Part shown: piece by piece, positions 9,111 to 17,584 of the stretch
Position numbering within the stretch: the first letter of the stretch is position 1
How the letters are laid out: every line of letters begins with the position of its first letter
Virus record (IMG/VR): IMGVR_UViG_3300033076_001036
Coordinates: 1-54,628 of that record
Length of the DNA: 54,628 nt
From: a virus
Taxonomy: Duplodnaviria; Caudoviricetes
Reading direction: 5' to 3' (one strand)
Notes under the pieces: generated by a model
Seen by the model: the letters and a program-made list of their open reading frames with translations, nothing else
Told to the model about the DNA's origin: nothing
The model's database searches: none
Position numbers and translations under genes: made by a program

Positions 9111-9518
9111 TTAGGCGTTACCCTCTGTAATGTCGAAACTGGTAATCGTAAACACCTGGCCGGTTGAAAAACTGGTGTTGTCCACGGTCATGTCACCGCC
9201 TCCGCCGGTTACGGTTACGGTCCCCTGAGCATGACATGTCGTTCCGTCTGACGCATACAAGCGGAAGTGAGCAGCTGTTCCAGTTGCATCAGCGCTGCCA
9301 TCTTGCCAAGTTCCTGACTTGCTCTTCACTCCGCCAGAGGCAGCCGCCATCCAATCGGAAGGAAGGTTAACCGTGGCTAGAACAGTTCCGGAATCGGCGG
9401 TTCCGCAGTTTGCCGGAGCTGCACCGGTTCGAATCTTGATAATTGCGCTTGTTCCGGCTGTCGTTTCAATCTGATCAAGTCGCGCATTGCGCACCGGTGT
9501 GGATAATTGGAGTGCCAT
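9111..9518 (-). CDS. conserved small phage structural protein
   Basis: LSTPVRNARLD...GTVLA..LP...ADATGTAAHFRL pattern recalled from uncultured phage virion modules. Confidence 0.65.
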   Translation of the reverse strand: MALQLSTPVRNARLDQIETTAGTSAIIKIRTGAAPANCGTADSGTVLATVNLPSDWMAAASGGVKSKSGTWQDGSADATGTAAHFRLYASDGTTCHAQGTVTVTGGGGDMTVDNTSFSTGQVFTITSFDITEGNA

Positions 9519-9706
9519 TACTTCTTTTTCTTTCCTGCGTTACGAGATGCTTCGTATGCGGCACGTCCAGCCGCTAAACCATGAGCGCGAACACGTACAA
9601 TTTCGGCCGCTTCCTCAGCGCGCCCAGCTTCAATCATTCGCCCCACTTCAATCAGGATTAACCTGACTTCTTTTGCGAGCGAGAGAATCGCTAACAGTTC
9701 GCCCAT
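9518..9706 (-). CDS. hypothetical protein
   Basis: TAATG overlap with the downstream gene; predicted leaderless start. Confidence 0.6.
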   Translation of the reverse strand: MGELLAILSLAKEVRLILIEVGRMIEAGRAEEAAEIVRVRAHGLAAGRAAYEASRNAGKKKK

Positions 9707-9712
9707 AGGCGC

Positions 9713-9740
9713 ACCTTAACGCGGCTTGGCTTTCTTTATG
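9713..9740 (-). promoter_or_regulatory. putative late promoter CATAAA-N16-TAAGGT (leaderless)
   Basis: Same spacing as four other copies; ATG at 9706 lies 6 nt after the -10. Confidence 0.6.
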
Positions 9741-10276
9741 GGTCTAGGCCGGTCAAAACCAGCAAACTCCCATGGCCCTCGCACGCTTGCTGAATGTTGC
9801 TCAGCTGCCTCAAGCGCGGTTGTGAGTCGTTCGGTAATGCTCATCGAACTGCCTTGGGTCGCGTAAAGCGCGCCCTCCGCAAACGGTGCACCGCTGCCAA
9901 TCGCGGCATACGAACCGCGCACTCGATAAGCGACCGGGCCAGGATCGATCACGTATATCTGGCCACCGACACCGAGGATCGCCTCGGACTCTTCACCGTC
10001 AGCAATGTCGTGACCCTTTCGTAGCGCCGTGACTCTGAGAGCTTCGCACACATCCTCACGTACCCACAGGTCCAAGTTCTTTCCGGCTCGCGGTGGAAGC
10101 TTGGTCAGTGCGATGAGTTCACCGAATCGGAGAGTTCCACAGAAGCCGAGCACTAAACCATCGCGGTCGAATACCTTGGGGTCTGCGCTCATGAAGATAT
10201 GATCGTCAGTTGAAAGCGCTGAATCACCACCGAGATAGACGCGATTCCCGTCTGAGATTGCGGCAATAACGGTCAT
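9716..10276 (-). CDS. HslV/proteasome-beta-like Ntn threonine peptidase
   Basis: Start M-T-VIAA puts the Thr nucleophile at position 2; GGDSA, PKVF and AIGSGA motifs; start revised to 10276. Confidence 0.8.
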   Translation of the reverse strand: MTVIAAISDGNRVYLGGDSALSTDDHIFMSADPKVFDRDGLVLGFCGTLRFGELIALTKLPPRAGKNLDLWVREDVCEALRVTALRKGHDIADGEESEAILGVGGQIYVIDPGPVAYRVRGSYAAIGSGAPFAEGALYATQGSSMSITERLTTALEAAEQHSASVRGPWEFAGFDRPRPIKKAKPR

Positions 10277-10386
10277 TTGCAAAAAACCCCGTATAAGAGC
10301 GCCAAAATTAAGAAACCCTGGACAGCGAAATATGCAATGACCCACGCGAATGACACCTGATTCACACCATCAAATGCAGCCGTCAT
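10273..10386 (-). CDS. 37-aa single-TM membrane peptide (not in ORF track)
   Basis: MTAAFDGVNQVSFAWVIAYFAVQGFLILALLYGVFCK; ATGA overlaps at both ends. Confidence 0.6.
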   Translation of the reverse strand: MTAAFDGVNQVSFAWVIAYFAVQGFLILALLYGVFCK

Positions 10387-10706
10387 TTGCAACCCTCACA
10401 GCGTGCTTTGAGCCAGCCGTTTTCGCTCTTAATCTCGCCTGGTTTTCCGCAAACTTCGCAAGTCTTGTACGACTCTCTTTCTGCTATTCCCACGGCCTCT
10501 CTGGTTATTTTTCTATCCGTCTCGCTTTGCGCGTCGAAGTAAACCCGCAATCCGCCCAGCTTCTCTTTGACCCTAATGGCTCTAACAGACGGCGCTGAGT
10601 ACGCCATGTCAGTCCCTAATCTTCGCAGAATCGGAAGCCACCCATCGCCCACCTCAAGGTGGCATTCACTAAAAAACGGCATAGACTCGATTTCTTTGCG
10701 GGTCAC
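10383..10706 (-). CDS. conserved phage protein with CxxC motifs
   Basis: GDGW...VKEKLGGLRVY...CEVCGKPG...CEGC. Confidence 0.7.
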   Translation of the reverse strand: MTRKEIESMPFFSECHLEVGDGWLPILRRLGTDMAYSAPSVRAIRVKEKLGGLRVYFDAQSETDRKITREAVGIAERESYKTCEVCGKPGEIKSENGWLKARCEGCK

Positions 10707-11203
10707 GGCGCTTCCCTCCGGTCACATTGTTCATTGATCTGACGCTCAAGCTCCAACTCAATAATCGCTAACAGTCGCCACTTGGCTTTAGTGATGTGCT
10801 TGACGCCATCAATATCAATCAAGTCGAAGTTCTTTCCAGCGTCCAAGTAGTGACGAACGAAGCAATCCTCTTGGTCCATACTCTTACCGCGTGCCCAATG
10901 CAGCGGCTCCCCTGGATTGTGTTGCTCATTTCCGATCCATGATAACTGCGCAATCTCGTAAAGAGACTCTCGTAAGTCGTGCCATCCCCAGCCTGGTGCC
11001 TTAACGCCGCAAAGCTCCAGAAATTCAGCGCAAAGCATGCGAACATCTTTATTCCGAATTGATTCTAAAGTGTCGAGAAAGTCACCGTAGCTAGGCTCGT
11101 TCTGCGCATTGACGGCCGCCAACGCCTTCGGAAAATATTGGAACACACCGGAGTAAACCGGAGTTGCCTTGCGTTCGGTAGCGTCTGTTAAGTCGAGTCC
11201 CAT
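10703..11203 (-). CDS. dATP/dGTP diphosphohydrolase-like protein (DUF5664-like) with an insertion
   Basis: RKATPVYSGVFQYFPKALAAV...GNEQHNPGEPLHWARGKS...RH...H....WR.LA. Confidence 0.65.
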   Translation of the reverse strand: MGLDLTDATERKATPVYSGVFQYFPKALAAVNAQNEPSYGDFLDTLESIRNKDVRMLCAEFLELCGVKAPGWGWHDLRESLYEIAQLSWIGNEQHNPGEPLHWARGKSMDQEDCFVRHYLDAGKNFDLIDIDGVKHITKAKWRLLAIIELELERQINEQCDRREAP

Positions 11204-11550
11204 CGGTCCCTCCCTAGGTCTTCAATCAAGTCCGAAACTGAGTGATAGATTCCGCGCTTACGCTCCGCGAACCATGCCACTTCATTCAATGATCCTTTTG
11301 ACTTCTCCCAACCTGGAACAGTCAAGATCACGTCGCACGATTTCGCCATCTGCATTGTGACCTTGTACCAGTATTTGGGAGACCCTGGACCGTGCTTGAA
11401 GTTGCGCCCCAGCGAATGAGGCACAATGGCCGCGAATCGCTCGCTGGAGCCAATAAGCTGCGCCGCCACCTTCTCAGCCGCATCAATATTAGCGTCTATC
11501 TCTTCGTCCGTATCGGCTGTGAATGGCCCGGCGATGTAGACCAAAATCAT
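11188..11550 (-). CDS. nucleoside 2-deoxyribosyltransferase-like protein (DUF4406/DUF1937 type)
   Basis: VYIAGPFT...CDVILTVPGWEKSKGS..E; start revised to 11550 (ATGA overlap). Confidence 0.75.
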   Translation of the reverse strand: MILVYIAGPFTADTDEEIDANIDAAEKVAAQLIGSSERFAAIVPHSLGRNFKHGPGSPKYWYKVTMQMAKSCDVILTVPGWEKSKGSLNEVAWFAERKRGIYHSVSDLIEDLGRDRWDST

Positions 11551-12308
11551 ACCGTCACCCTCTTTCCGTCTAACATACAACTCCCATCAATGATCGGGAT
11601 AGCCTGACACCATCCGACCCCTTCGCTATCATAATCGACAATCCCAAAGCCATGCTGACTCTCGCGCCTTGCAATGGCCTGGTGTCGGTAGTCAATCGAG
11701 TCCAGGTCACCTAGCCACCCGACGTTCATGCACACTTTCATCGGGCCGTTCACCGTTCCTTGATAGCTAACGCCTAGCCGATGAGTGTGGCCGATGACTA
11801 GGTTATCACCGAAGTCCGTGAGGCTTTGACGGACTGCATTGACACCGCACCGACCCACTTCGTGAGTGTAATAGATGTGCCCAATCTTGACGCATGTGCG
11901 GTACGGGTACCACTCCCACCCGGGTCGTTGATGAATCTTGAGAAGTCCCGCCAGGTCCGGAACTACGTTATAAAGCTCCGGCGCCTTGTCGGCGATGTAC
12001 CGGTCAAAACGGAACTCATGGTTTCCTTCTGTGTAACAGACTCGGCCGAACTTGAGTTTCATCAGCTCGTCCAGTGCCTTGTTCGCTTCGTCGATTTCGT
12101 AGGCAAACGAGACTTTGCGCGACGGGTGTTTTGAGTGTGTCGAGATTGCGAAGAAGTCCGGGAAGTCCCCGATGATGACTAGCGTGTCAGCCTTAGAAAC
12201 TTTCGCGGCTGCTTTGAAACAGGCCCAAGCCTGCTTATCCACGAACGGATGATGCGCATCCGGACACACGAGCACACGGTGATTTCGCACCGATACCCCG
12301 GTGCTCAC
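11547..12308 (-). CDS. calcineurin-like metallophosphoesterase
   Basis: DxH, GDxxD, GNHE, H and GHTH motifs all present. Confidence 0.9.
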   Translation of the reverse strand: MSTGVSVRNHRVLVCPDAHHPFVDKQAWACFKAAAKVSKADTLVIIGDFPDFFAISTHSKHPSRKVSFAYEIDEANKALDELMKLKFGRVCYTEGNHEFRFDRYIADKAPELYNVVPDLAGLLKIHQRPGWEWYPYRTCVKIGHIYYTHEVGRCGVNAVRQSLTDFGDNLVIGHTHRLGVSYQGTVNGPMKVCMNVGWLGDLDSIDYRHQAIARRESQHGFGIVDYDSEGVGWCQAIPIIDGSCMLDGKRVTV

Positions 12309-12877
12309 GATACACCGACCAGCTTTCGGAGAGCTGCCATATCGAGCGCTGGGCCCGGGTCAATCTTGCGTCCCGGTGAAATGTCCGAGTGCCCGACAAT
12401 CTCCTTAATCTCGTACCTGTCACAGATTGCTTTTGACACTTCGGCAAGTGCAAAGAATTGCGCTTCCGGGTACGCTTCCCAAAGTTTCCCTTTTGAATCG
12501 GTGAAAGTCTCGGTTTGGATTGGACGAGAGTACACGTCCGAGAGTCCTCCGGGCGTGCTCTTGAGCGGGCCCATGTTCACAAGTTCGATTCCAATCGAGT
12601 AGCGATTACAGGACTCGACACCCCTCCAGGAACTGACACCGGCATGAGCAGCAGTCCTGTCGAACGGTACCATCTGCGTGATAGATCCATCGCGGTCAAT
12701 GACTAGGTGCGCGCTAGCAGCTGCACCCCTTTGAGCGAAGTAGTTAACGGCGCTCGCGGCTGTGCGCGTCACCGTGTAATGAATCACAAGCAAGCGCGGA
12801 ACCATGAGCCGCATTGTGGTCCCGGCTTCCACGAACTTGACCCCATCAAGCTTGTCGTCTGTGTTGATTTCAAACAT
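12305..12877 (-). CDS. N-acetylmuramoyl-L-alanine amidase endolysin (AmpD/Amidase_2 type)
   Basis: VIHYT, SAHLVIDRDG, AHAG, SIGIEL, GHSDISPGRKIDPG. Confidence 0.92.
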   Translation of the reverse strand: MFEINTDDKLDGVKFVEAGTTMRLMVPRLLVIHYTVTRTAASAVNYFAQRGAAASAHLVIDRDGSITQMVPFDRTAAHAGVSSWRGVESCNRYSIGIELVNMGPLKSTPGGLSDVYSRPIQTETFTDSKGKLWEAYPEAQFFALAEVSKAICDRYEIKEIVGHSDISPGRKIDPGPALDMAALRKLVGVS

Positions 12878-12904
12878 AGCTTTGCTCTCTTTTCTCCCAA
12901 ATTC

Positions 12905-12937
12905 AAAAGGGTTTCCCCTGTTCCCAAGGAAAACCCT
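12905..12937 (-). terminator. intrinsic terminator-like hairpin upstream of the endolysin
   Basis: AGGGTTTTCCTT-GGGAAC-AGGGGAAACCCT-TTT on the minus strand. Confidence 0.55.
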
Positions 12938-12960
12938 ATTCGATTCTCGCGGCTTTTATG
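12933..12960 (-). promoter_or_regulatory. putative late promoter CATAAA-N16-TAGGGT
   Basis: Intergenic copy of the motif upstream of the endolysin. Confidence 0.6.
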
Positions 12961-12965
12961 GGCCG

Positions 12966-13289
12966 TTAGTGAGTGAGGAGATAAGTCACAGTAACAGCTA
13001 CAACGGCAAGCGCGATGATTCCAAGCGCCGTCACCTGAACCCAGCTCTTTACGGCCGATACGATTCCGGTCACAGCTTGAGCGCCTTCCTCAATTTTGCT
13101 CTCTGATTTTTGCTCTGGTCTAGGTTCCATCGGCATTCCCACTTGGACGATTACAGGGTTAGTCTTTTCCTCGTCCGGCCAATCAACATCGGCGGCCTGG
13201 CGTGCGAGTTCTCGCAATCGCAAAACGCGATCACTCTGCTGCGGACGGACCACCGAAAACCGCCTTTCTGAGTTTCGAGAGTTCTTCAC
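12966..13289 (-). CDS. membrane protein with C-terminal TM helix, possible holin/lysis accessory (start uncertain)
   Basis: Hydrophobic C-terminus; directly upstream of the endolysin. Confidence 0.45.
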   Translation of the reverse strand: MKNSRNSERRFSVVRPQQSDRVLRLRELARQAADVDWPDEEKTNPVIVQVGMPMEPRPEQKSESKIEEGAQAVTGIVSAVKSWVQVTALGIIALAVVAVTVTYLLTH

Positions 13290-13461
13290 CTGTGTACTTT
13301 TGGTGAGCCGTTAAGTCTTCCTGGATTGCGTCAAGCTTTGATAGTACCTGACCCAAAGCGTCCAGCACTGGCTTATTCGCGTTGGTGATAACGTCCCGAA
13401 GTTCCGCTAATTCATCGGCCGTAACCGAGAGCCCCTCGGATATGATTTGTGATGGGTTCAT
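13231..13461 (-). CDS. small coiled-coil protein
   Basis: Heptad pattern; start revised to MNPSQ, 2 nt after the spike stop. Confidence 0.55.
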   Translation of the reverse strand: MNPSQIISEGLSVTADELAELRDVITNANKPVLDALGQVLSKLDAIQEDLTAHQKYTGEELSKLRKAVFGGPSAAE

Positions 13462-13463
13462 GA

Positions 13464-16133
13464 TTACCAGCTCCGCGATGTTTCTTCCCATGTGCCGCCG
13501 TAAAGTCTGAGCGTTATCCAGTCGCCTTGCGGTCTAGCACTTACGTTCGTGGCGCCCTTAAGCGCTAAACCAGATCCGTGTACGAGAGTCACTTGGGGAT
13601 CCATGCGACACCGAATCTCTTGCCCTTGGGCGCCTCCGGTGAAGTTCGTGACGTTCGTGTTGGTAGTGTAGTTTGAAAAGTCTACGTTGTCGTAGCCAGC
13701 CACCGAGGGAGTAGTAGTTGCATCCGCCGGAGTTGTGTAGACGTTGGAGATTCTGCGCGGGAAGTTTCGCGCAATCTCCCTCCAGAGGTTGTCCCTTCGC
13801 TCAAGAAGGATGAAGTTGTTAGAGTTTCCGGTTGCGTCAGTTCCGTACTGAAGAATGATCTTGGATACGTTGTGAACTATCGTCGCATTCGCGGAAAGCT
13901 TTATGAGCAGAAGCTGACCATCACTTCCACTGGTGAAGTCGGTAATGTTAGTAGGTGTTCCGTAGTTCTCGAAAGAAACTTGGTCCGCCGTTGAGACATC
14001 AACAGTTGCACCACTCGAAGGTGTCAACCATGTCGAGTTGATATTCCTGACTTTGCCCATGTTAAAGGGCTGGTTTCCAGGGTAGATTGACTGAAAGAAA
14101 GAGCCGGCTGCCAGTGACGCACCAACACCGTTGTTGGTGTTTGATGTGAACGTGTGGCCGGCTTCCTTTTGGATTGCGACAAGAGTCCGCGCCCCGCTCT
14201 GACGCATGCGCGAAATATCGATGTTGTCGGAAGTCGCAGTAGACGCTCCACCTGAGAAGTCTACCGCATAGCCAAACAACCCGTCAGCTTGTCCGCAGTT
14301 GACGAAGTTTGACCAGATCCGGACGTAACTAGCCTTAGCCACACTCAAGCCAGACGAGTCAACGAGTCCGCATTCAAAGAAAGTGTCAGTCTCCCCAAGT
14401 TCGACATCGACAACCTTGAGCGAGTACCCAATCAACCCGATCCCGTTTAGCCTGGAGAACGTGTTGTTTTCGGTGCGAATCCCGCGTACGCCATTGAAGT
14501 TCCAGGCGCGGCAGTTGCTATCGTAAGCCGAGCAATTGCTGACAACCAACCCAAGCGATGGAAGCGAAGTGGTTGCATCGTTGCTACCAAGCACTGAAAC
14601 CAAAGTAGGCCCGGAGATGCTTGCGCCAAACCTCAAGTTGGAAAATGTGAAACCGTGAGGCGGAACCGTGAACGCGCTCTGAGCGTAGGCCAAAACAACA
14701 TTCACTTGCCCAACGTTTCCGATTACATCATCAAACTCACAACCATCGACTGTGATGTTTCTAATGATGTTGAATGTATCGTCTGGCTCAATATCGATAG
14801 CACCCGGCATTCCAGACGTAGATGTCCGGAAGAACTTGCAACCCTGAACAACCAGGCCGTCACAATCGATAACCGAGATCCCGTTTCTTCCGGAGTTGTT
14901 GAGTCCGTCAAAAACGCAACCACGAATTACTATCTGCTGATTATGTCGCTCGATTCCTCCGGTTGTTCCGCTTCCAATGTAGACACCGTCTCCGCGGTTA
15001 CCCTCGACCCATAGGCGATCAAGTGTGAAATCAGTTGCAGCGCTTAGAACGATGTTGTGATTCGGCTCAAGAAACCCATCAGCCACCGAACGACCACGAA
15101 CCACGAAGTTCGACCACGTCGCACGCTTTTCGTTGTTCGCCGGGTTGGTTGTTCCGCCGCTTCCGTAGTTAACCCCGATGATGTACGAGTATCCGGACAA
15201 GCCAACAAATCCGGATGAGTAACCGTCCCCGGTAATGTTGTATCCGCCGCGCGCGTTGATACCGGAAACGGCATAAAGCCGGCTTAGACGTACTGGATTT
15301 CCGGTAGTGTAGGCAACGTCCAAGCATGCTTGGACGGCTGTCGAGTCGCTGGTTGTACCGTCGCCAACAGCTCCGAACATTTCCGGAGCAAGTTCGGAAT
15401 AGTCCCGCTTTAGATGAGGGCTAGACGTTCCTCCGCCGGCCGTTAGCAGCGTTCCACCGTTGTCTGTTGCGCTAGAATTGACGCAATCAAACCAGCCTTG
15501 TCCACCGTCACCCATGGCGAGGCGACCGTGCACGCGCACACGGTCCCCGGCTACGATTGCCCCGCTGGTGATAGCCGCGCGAGCCTCCGCATAGGTGGCG
15601 TACCCAGCTGCTTTAGTGTCCAGCTTTGCGGCTGTGACGGAGTTATCAGCAAGCTTCGCAGTGGTGATAGTACCGTCGCCAACATTGGCGGAAAGCAAGC
15701 TGATGACCGAACCGTCCGACTTTTTGTAGACTACTCCGTCAGCTGTTGACGAGTAATAAAGATTCCCACCAAGAGTCGGCGATGGGACTGAAGTGTTAGC
15801 GATTGGAGAGTAGTTGCTGACTGAGTGATAGACGACAGTGCCTATAGCCTGAGCCGCAACGCGCAGGACGTAGGTTGTGGTCGTGTCAACTGTGACCGTA
15901 ACCGTGAAGTAACCCTCAACATCAGGAACGAGATAGATGTATCCGTTGGTCCCGGTTAGACTCGATGCTGAGATCGAAGATCCAGCCGGCTTTGCTATAC
16001 TCCAGACGTAGTTAGATCCGGTCGGATTGGTCGTGAGCGTGATGCGTTCACCAACCAAATAACCTGTAGCCGACGCGTCCGGAGTTCCGGAAGTCATCGT
16101 GACAGTTGCGCTGTTTGCTAGTATTCCGGCCAT
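13464..16133 (-). CDS. tail spike/depolymerase with right-handed beta-helix
   Basis: PEMFGAVGDGTTSDSTAVQ pectate-lyase-3 start; parallel beta-helix repeats (GDGVYI, RNGISVI, GAIDIEP); PKD-like N-terminus. Confidence 0.85.
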   Translation of the reverse strand: MAGILANSATVTMTSGTPDASATGYLVGERITLTTNPTGSNYVWSIAKPAGSSISASSLTGTNGYIYLVPDVEGYFTVTVTVDTTTTYVLRVAAQAIGTVVYHSVSNYSPIANTSVPSPTLGGNLYYSSTADGVVYKKSDGSVISLLSANVGDGTITTAKLADNSVTAAKLDTKAAGYATYAEARAAITSGAIVAGDRVRVHGRLAMGDGGQGWFDCVNSSATDNGGTLLTAGGGTSSPHLKRDYSELAPEMFGAVGDGTTSDSTAVQACLDVAYTTGNPVRLSRLYAVSGINARGGYNITGDGYSSGFVGLSGYSYIIGVNYGSGGTTNPANNEKRATWSNFVVRGRSVADGFLEPNHNIVLSAATDFTLDRLWVEGNRGDGVYIGSGTTGGIERHNQQIVIRGCVFDGLNNSGRNGISVIDCDGLVVQGCKFFRTSTSGMPGAIDIEPDDTFNIIRNITVDGCEFDDVIGNVGQVNVVLAYAQSAFTVPPHGFTFSNLRFGASISGPTLVSVLGSNDATTSLPSLGLVVSNCSAYDSNCRAWNFNGVRGIRTENNTFSRLNGIGLIGYSLKVVDVELGETDTFFECGLVDSSGLSVAKASYVRIWSNFVNCGQADGLFGYAVDFSGGASTATSDNIDISRMRQSGARTLVAIQKEAGHTFTSNTNNGVGASLAAGSFFQSIYPGNQPFNMGKVRNINSTWLTPSSGATVDVSTADQVSFENYGTPTNITDFTSGSDGQLLLIKLSANATIVHNVSKIILQYGTDATGNSNNFILLERRDNLWREIARNFPRRISNVYTTPADATTTPSVAGYDNVDFSNYTTNTNVTNFTGGAQGQEIRCRMDPQVTLVHGSGLALKGATNVSARPQGDWITLRLYGGTWEETSRSW

Positions 16134-16139
16134 GGTTTT

Positions 16140-16856
16140 TTAGGTGAACGAGTAGTAGCTAACTAGCCAGTTTTCGAGCATTAGATACTGGTCAGAAGTC
16201 AGCGCCGAACGATACAGGAAGAACGCGGCAATCTTACCACCGAAGGGGGCAGCTCCGCCTCCAGTGTAGATGTCGCCAAGCGTTAGGCCATTGATAGACC
16301 CGGTGCCAGTTGTTGCGGATTGCGTTAGCGTACTAAGTCCGCTTCGCCTTGCGCGTCCAGTTGATGACGCACCATTGAAGACACCAGTATAGATAACGCG
16401 TTCAGGCGACGAGTAGGCTCTAGCGCATTGACAATAGAAACCGGCGTAGTGTCCAATGAACGTAGTATCATCGGCGATAAACTGACGATTTGAAGCATCA
16501 CGCGAGTCTGCAATTACCCTAACGGATGCTCCATCCGTTTCAAACACGGCGACCATCGTAGTCGGTTGAGCGATTGTCCCGCTCGCTAACGTTGAGCGAA
16601 ACAGGGAGTCGTTTACCCCATCGAACTGTAGAGCGGTCCTACCACTTCCACCCCAGTTTGCCGAAGTGGTTGGTTGCTGTCCCGCTGTTGATTGTGAAAC
16701 GTCGTTTCCCTTTGGGCACTGGTCAGCCCAAGTCATGGTCGCCCCGGTTGTGACACCACGGTCGCCGATGAGAATTACCTCAGCGTTAGGGATACTCTCG
16801 GGGCCTACGAAACACCCGAGAGCACTCACGCTTGGAATGAGTCCAGCGACGGCCAT
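16140..16856 (-). CDS. LamG/concanavalin-like tail accessory protein
   Basis: WADQ..GND..Q...QP...ALQFDGVND...GKIAAFFLYRSALT. Confidence 0.7.
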   Translation of the reverse strand: MAVAGLIPSVSALGCFVGPESIPNAEVILIGDRGVTTGATMTWADQCPKGNDVSQSTAGQQPTTSANWGGSGRTALQFDGVNDSLFRSTLASGTIAQPTTMVAVFETDGASVRVIADSRDASNRQFIADDTTFIGHYAGFYCQCARAYSSPERVIYTGVFNGASSTGRARRSGLSTLTQSATTGTGSINGLTLGDIYTGGGAAPFGGKIAAFFLYRSALTSDQYLMLENWLVSYYSFT

Positions 16857-17584
16857 TAGACGATTGTCCCGCTAAGGTCCCATGTATCGGTCGCTCGCTT
16901 AGTCAATGTCGCGTAGGCGTACTGTCCCGCTAGTTTAGTGGCGCCTCCGTAAGCGTTGCGCGTTACGCCACCAGCCAATGCGGTCGTCACTTGCCCGGCG
17001 CCAATCTGCGCAATGGTAATAACAGTTCCAATTGGGAAAGCGACAGTGCTGTTAGCTGGAATCGTGAGAGTGATTGCGCTTGCGTTGCTAAGCGTAACCA
17101 ATCGGCCGGCGTCAGTAAGGGCTAGCGTGTAGCTCGTTCCAGTTTGCGCGTTGATTGCGATTCGGTCGGCCCCTGTTTTCGCGACCGTGTTGATCACATC
17201 TAACCAACCAACAGTGGCGTTTCTCGCCAGCTCCTCACCAGCTGTTAGCGGAACAATTCCGGCGTCATTGGTCGCACCAACAACACCGTAAGCCGTGGCC
17301 GTTTCATAGGTGTTAGAAACGGTGCACTTGATTAGGTACGCGCGTCCCAGGCCGTCACCAGGATCGGACGGCATGGTGAAAGTGGTGGTGGCTCCCGAAG
17401 GAACACCGGCCGGAGTTAGCGTTGGGTTGCTTACTCCACTTTTGCTAACGCCATCAACCGAAAACACTACCGAATCAACGCCGGTTGCACTTGTAAGCTG
17501 AAGCGTAACCGTTGCGCCATAGGCTACCGAGACAGCCGCTGGCACCGCCGTGCTGTTGATTGTGAACGCTGCGCTGATAGCCAT
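16856..17584 (-). CDS. tail fibre-associated protein
   Basis: C-terminal NAQTGTSYTLALTDAG..TLTIP..FPIG..W domain typical of fibre tips. Confidence 0.7.
   Translation of the reverse strand: MAISAAFTINSTAVPAAVSVAYGATVTLQLTSATGVDSVVFSVDGVSKSGVSNPTLTPAGVPSGATTTFTMPSDPGDGLGRAYLIKCTVSNTYETATAYGVVGATNDAGIVPLTAGEELARNATVGWLDVINTVAKTGADRIAINAQTGTSYTLALTDAGRLVTLSNASAITLTIPANSTVAFPIGTVITIAQIGAGQVTTALAGGVTRNAYGGATKLAGQYAYATLTKRATDTWDLSGTIV

Noticed and set aside
9426-9435. GGTTCGAATC, like a tRNA T-loop
   Set aside because: Inside a CDS; no cloverleaf around it.
10703-11203. Hypermodified-base pathway (7-deazaguanine or 2-aminoadenine) suggested by DUF5664-like and MazG-like genes
   Set aside because: No dpdA, queC/D/E, folE or purZ in the window; cannot be supported.
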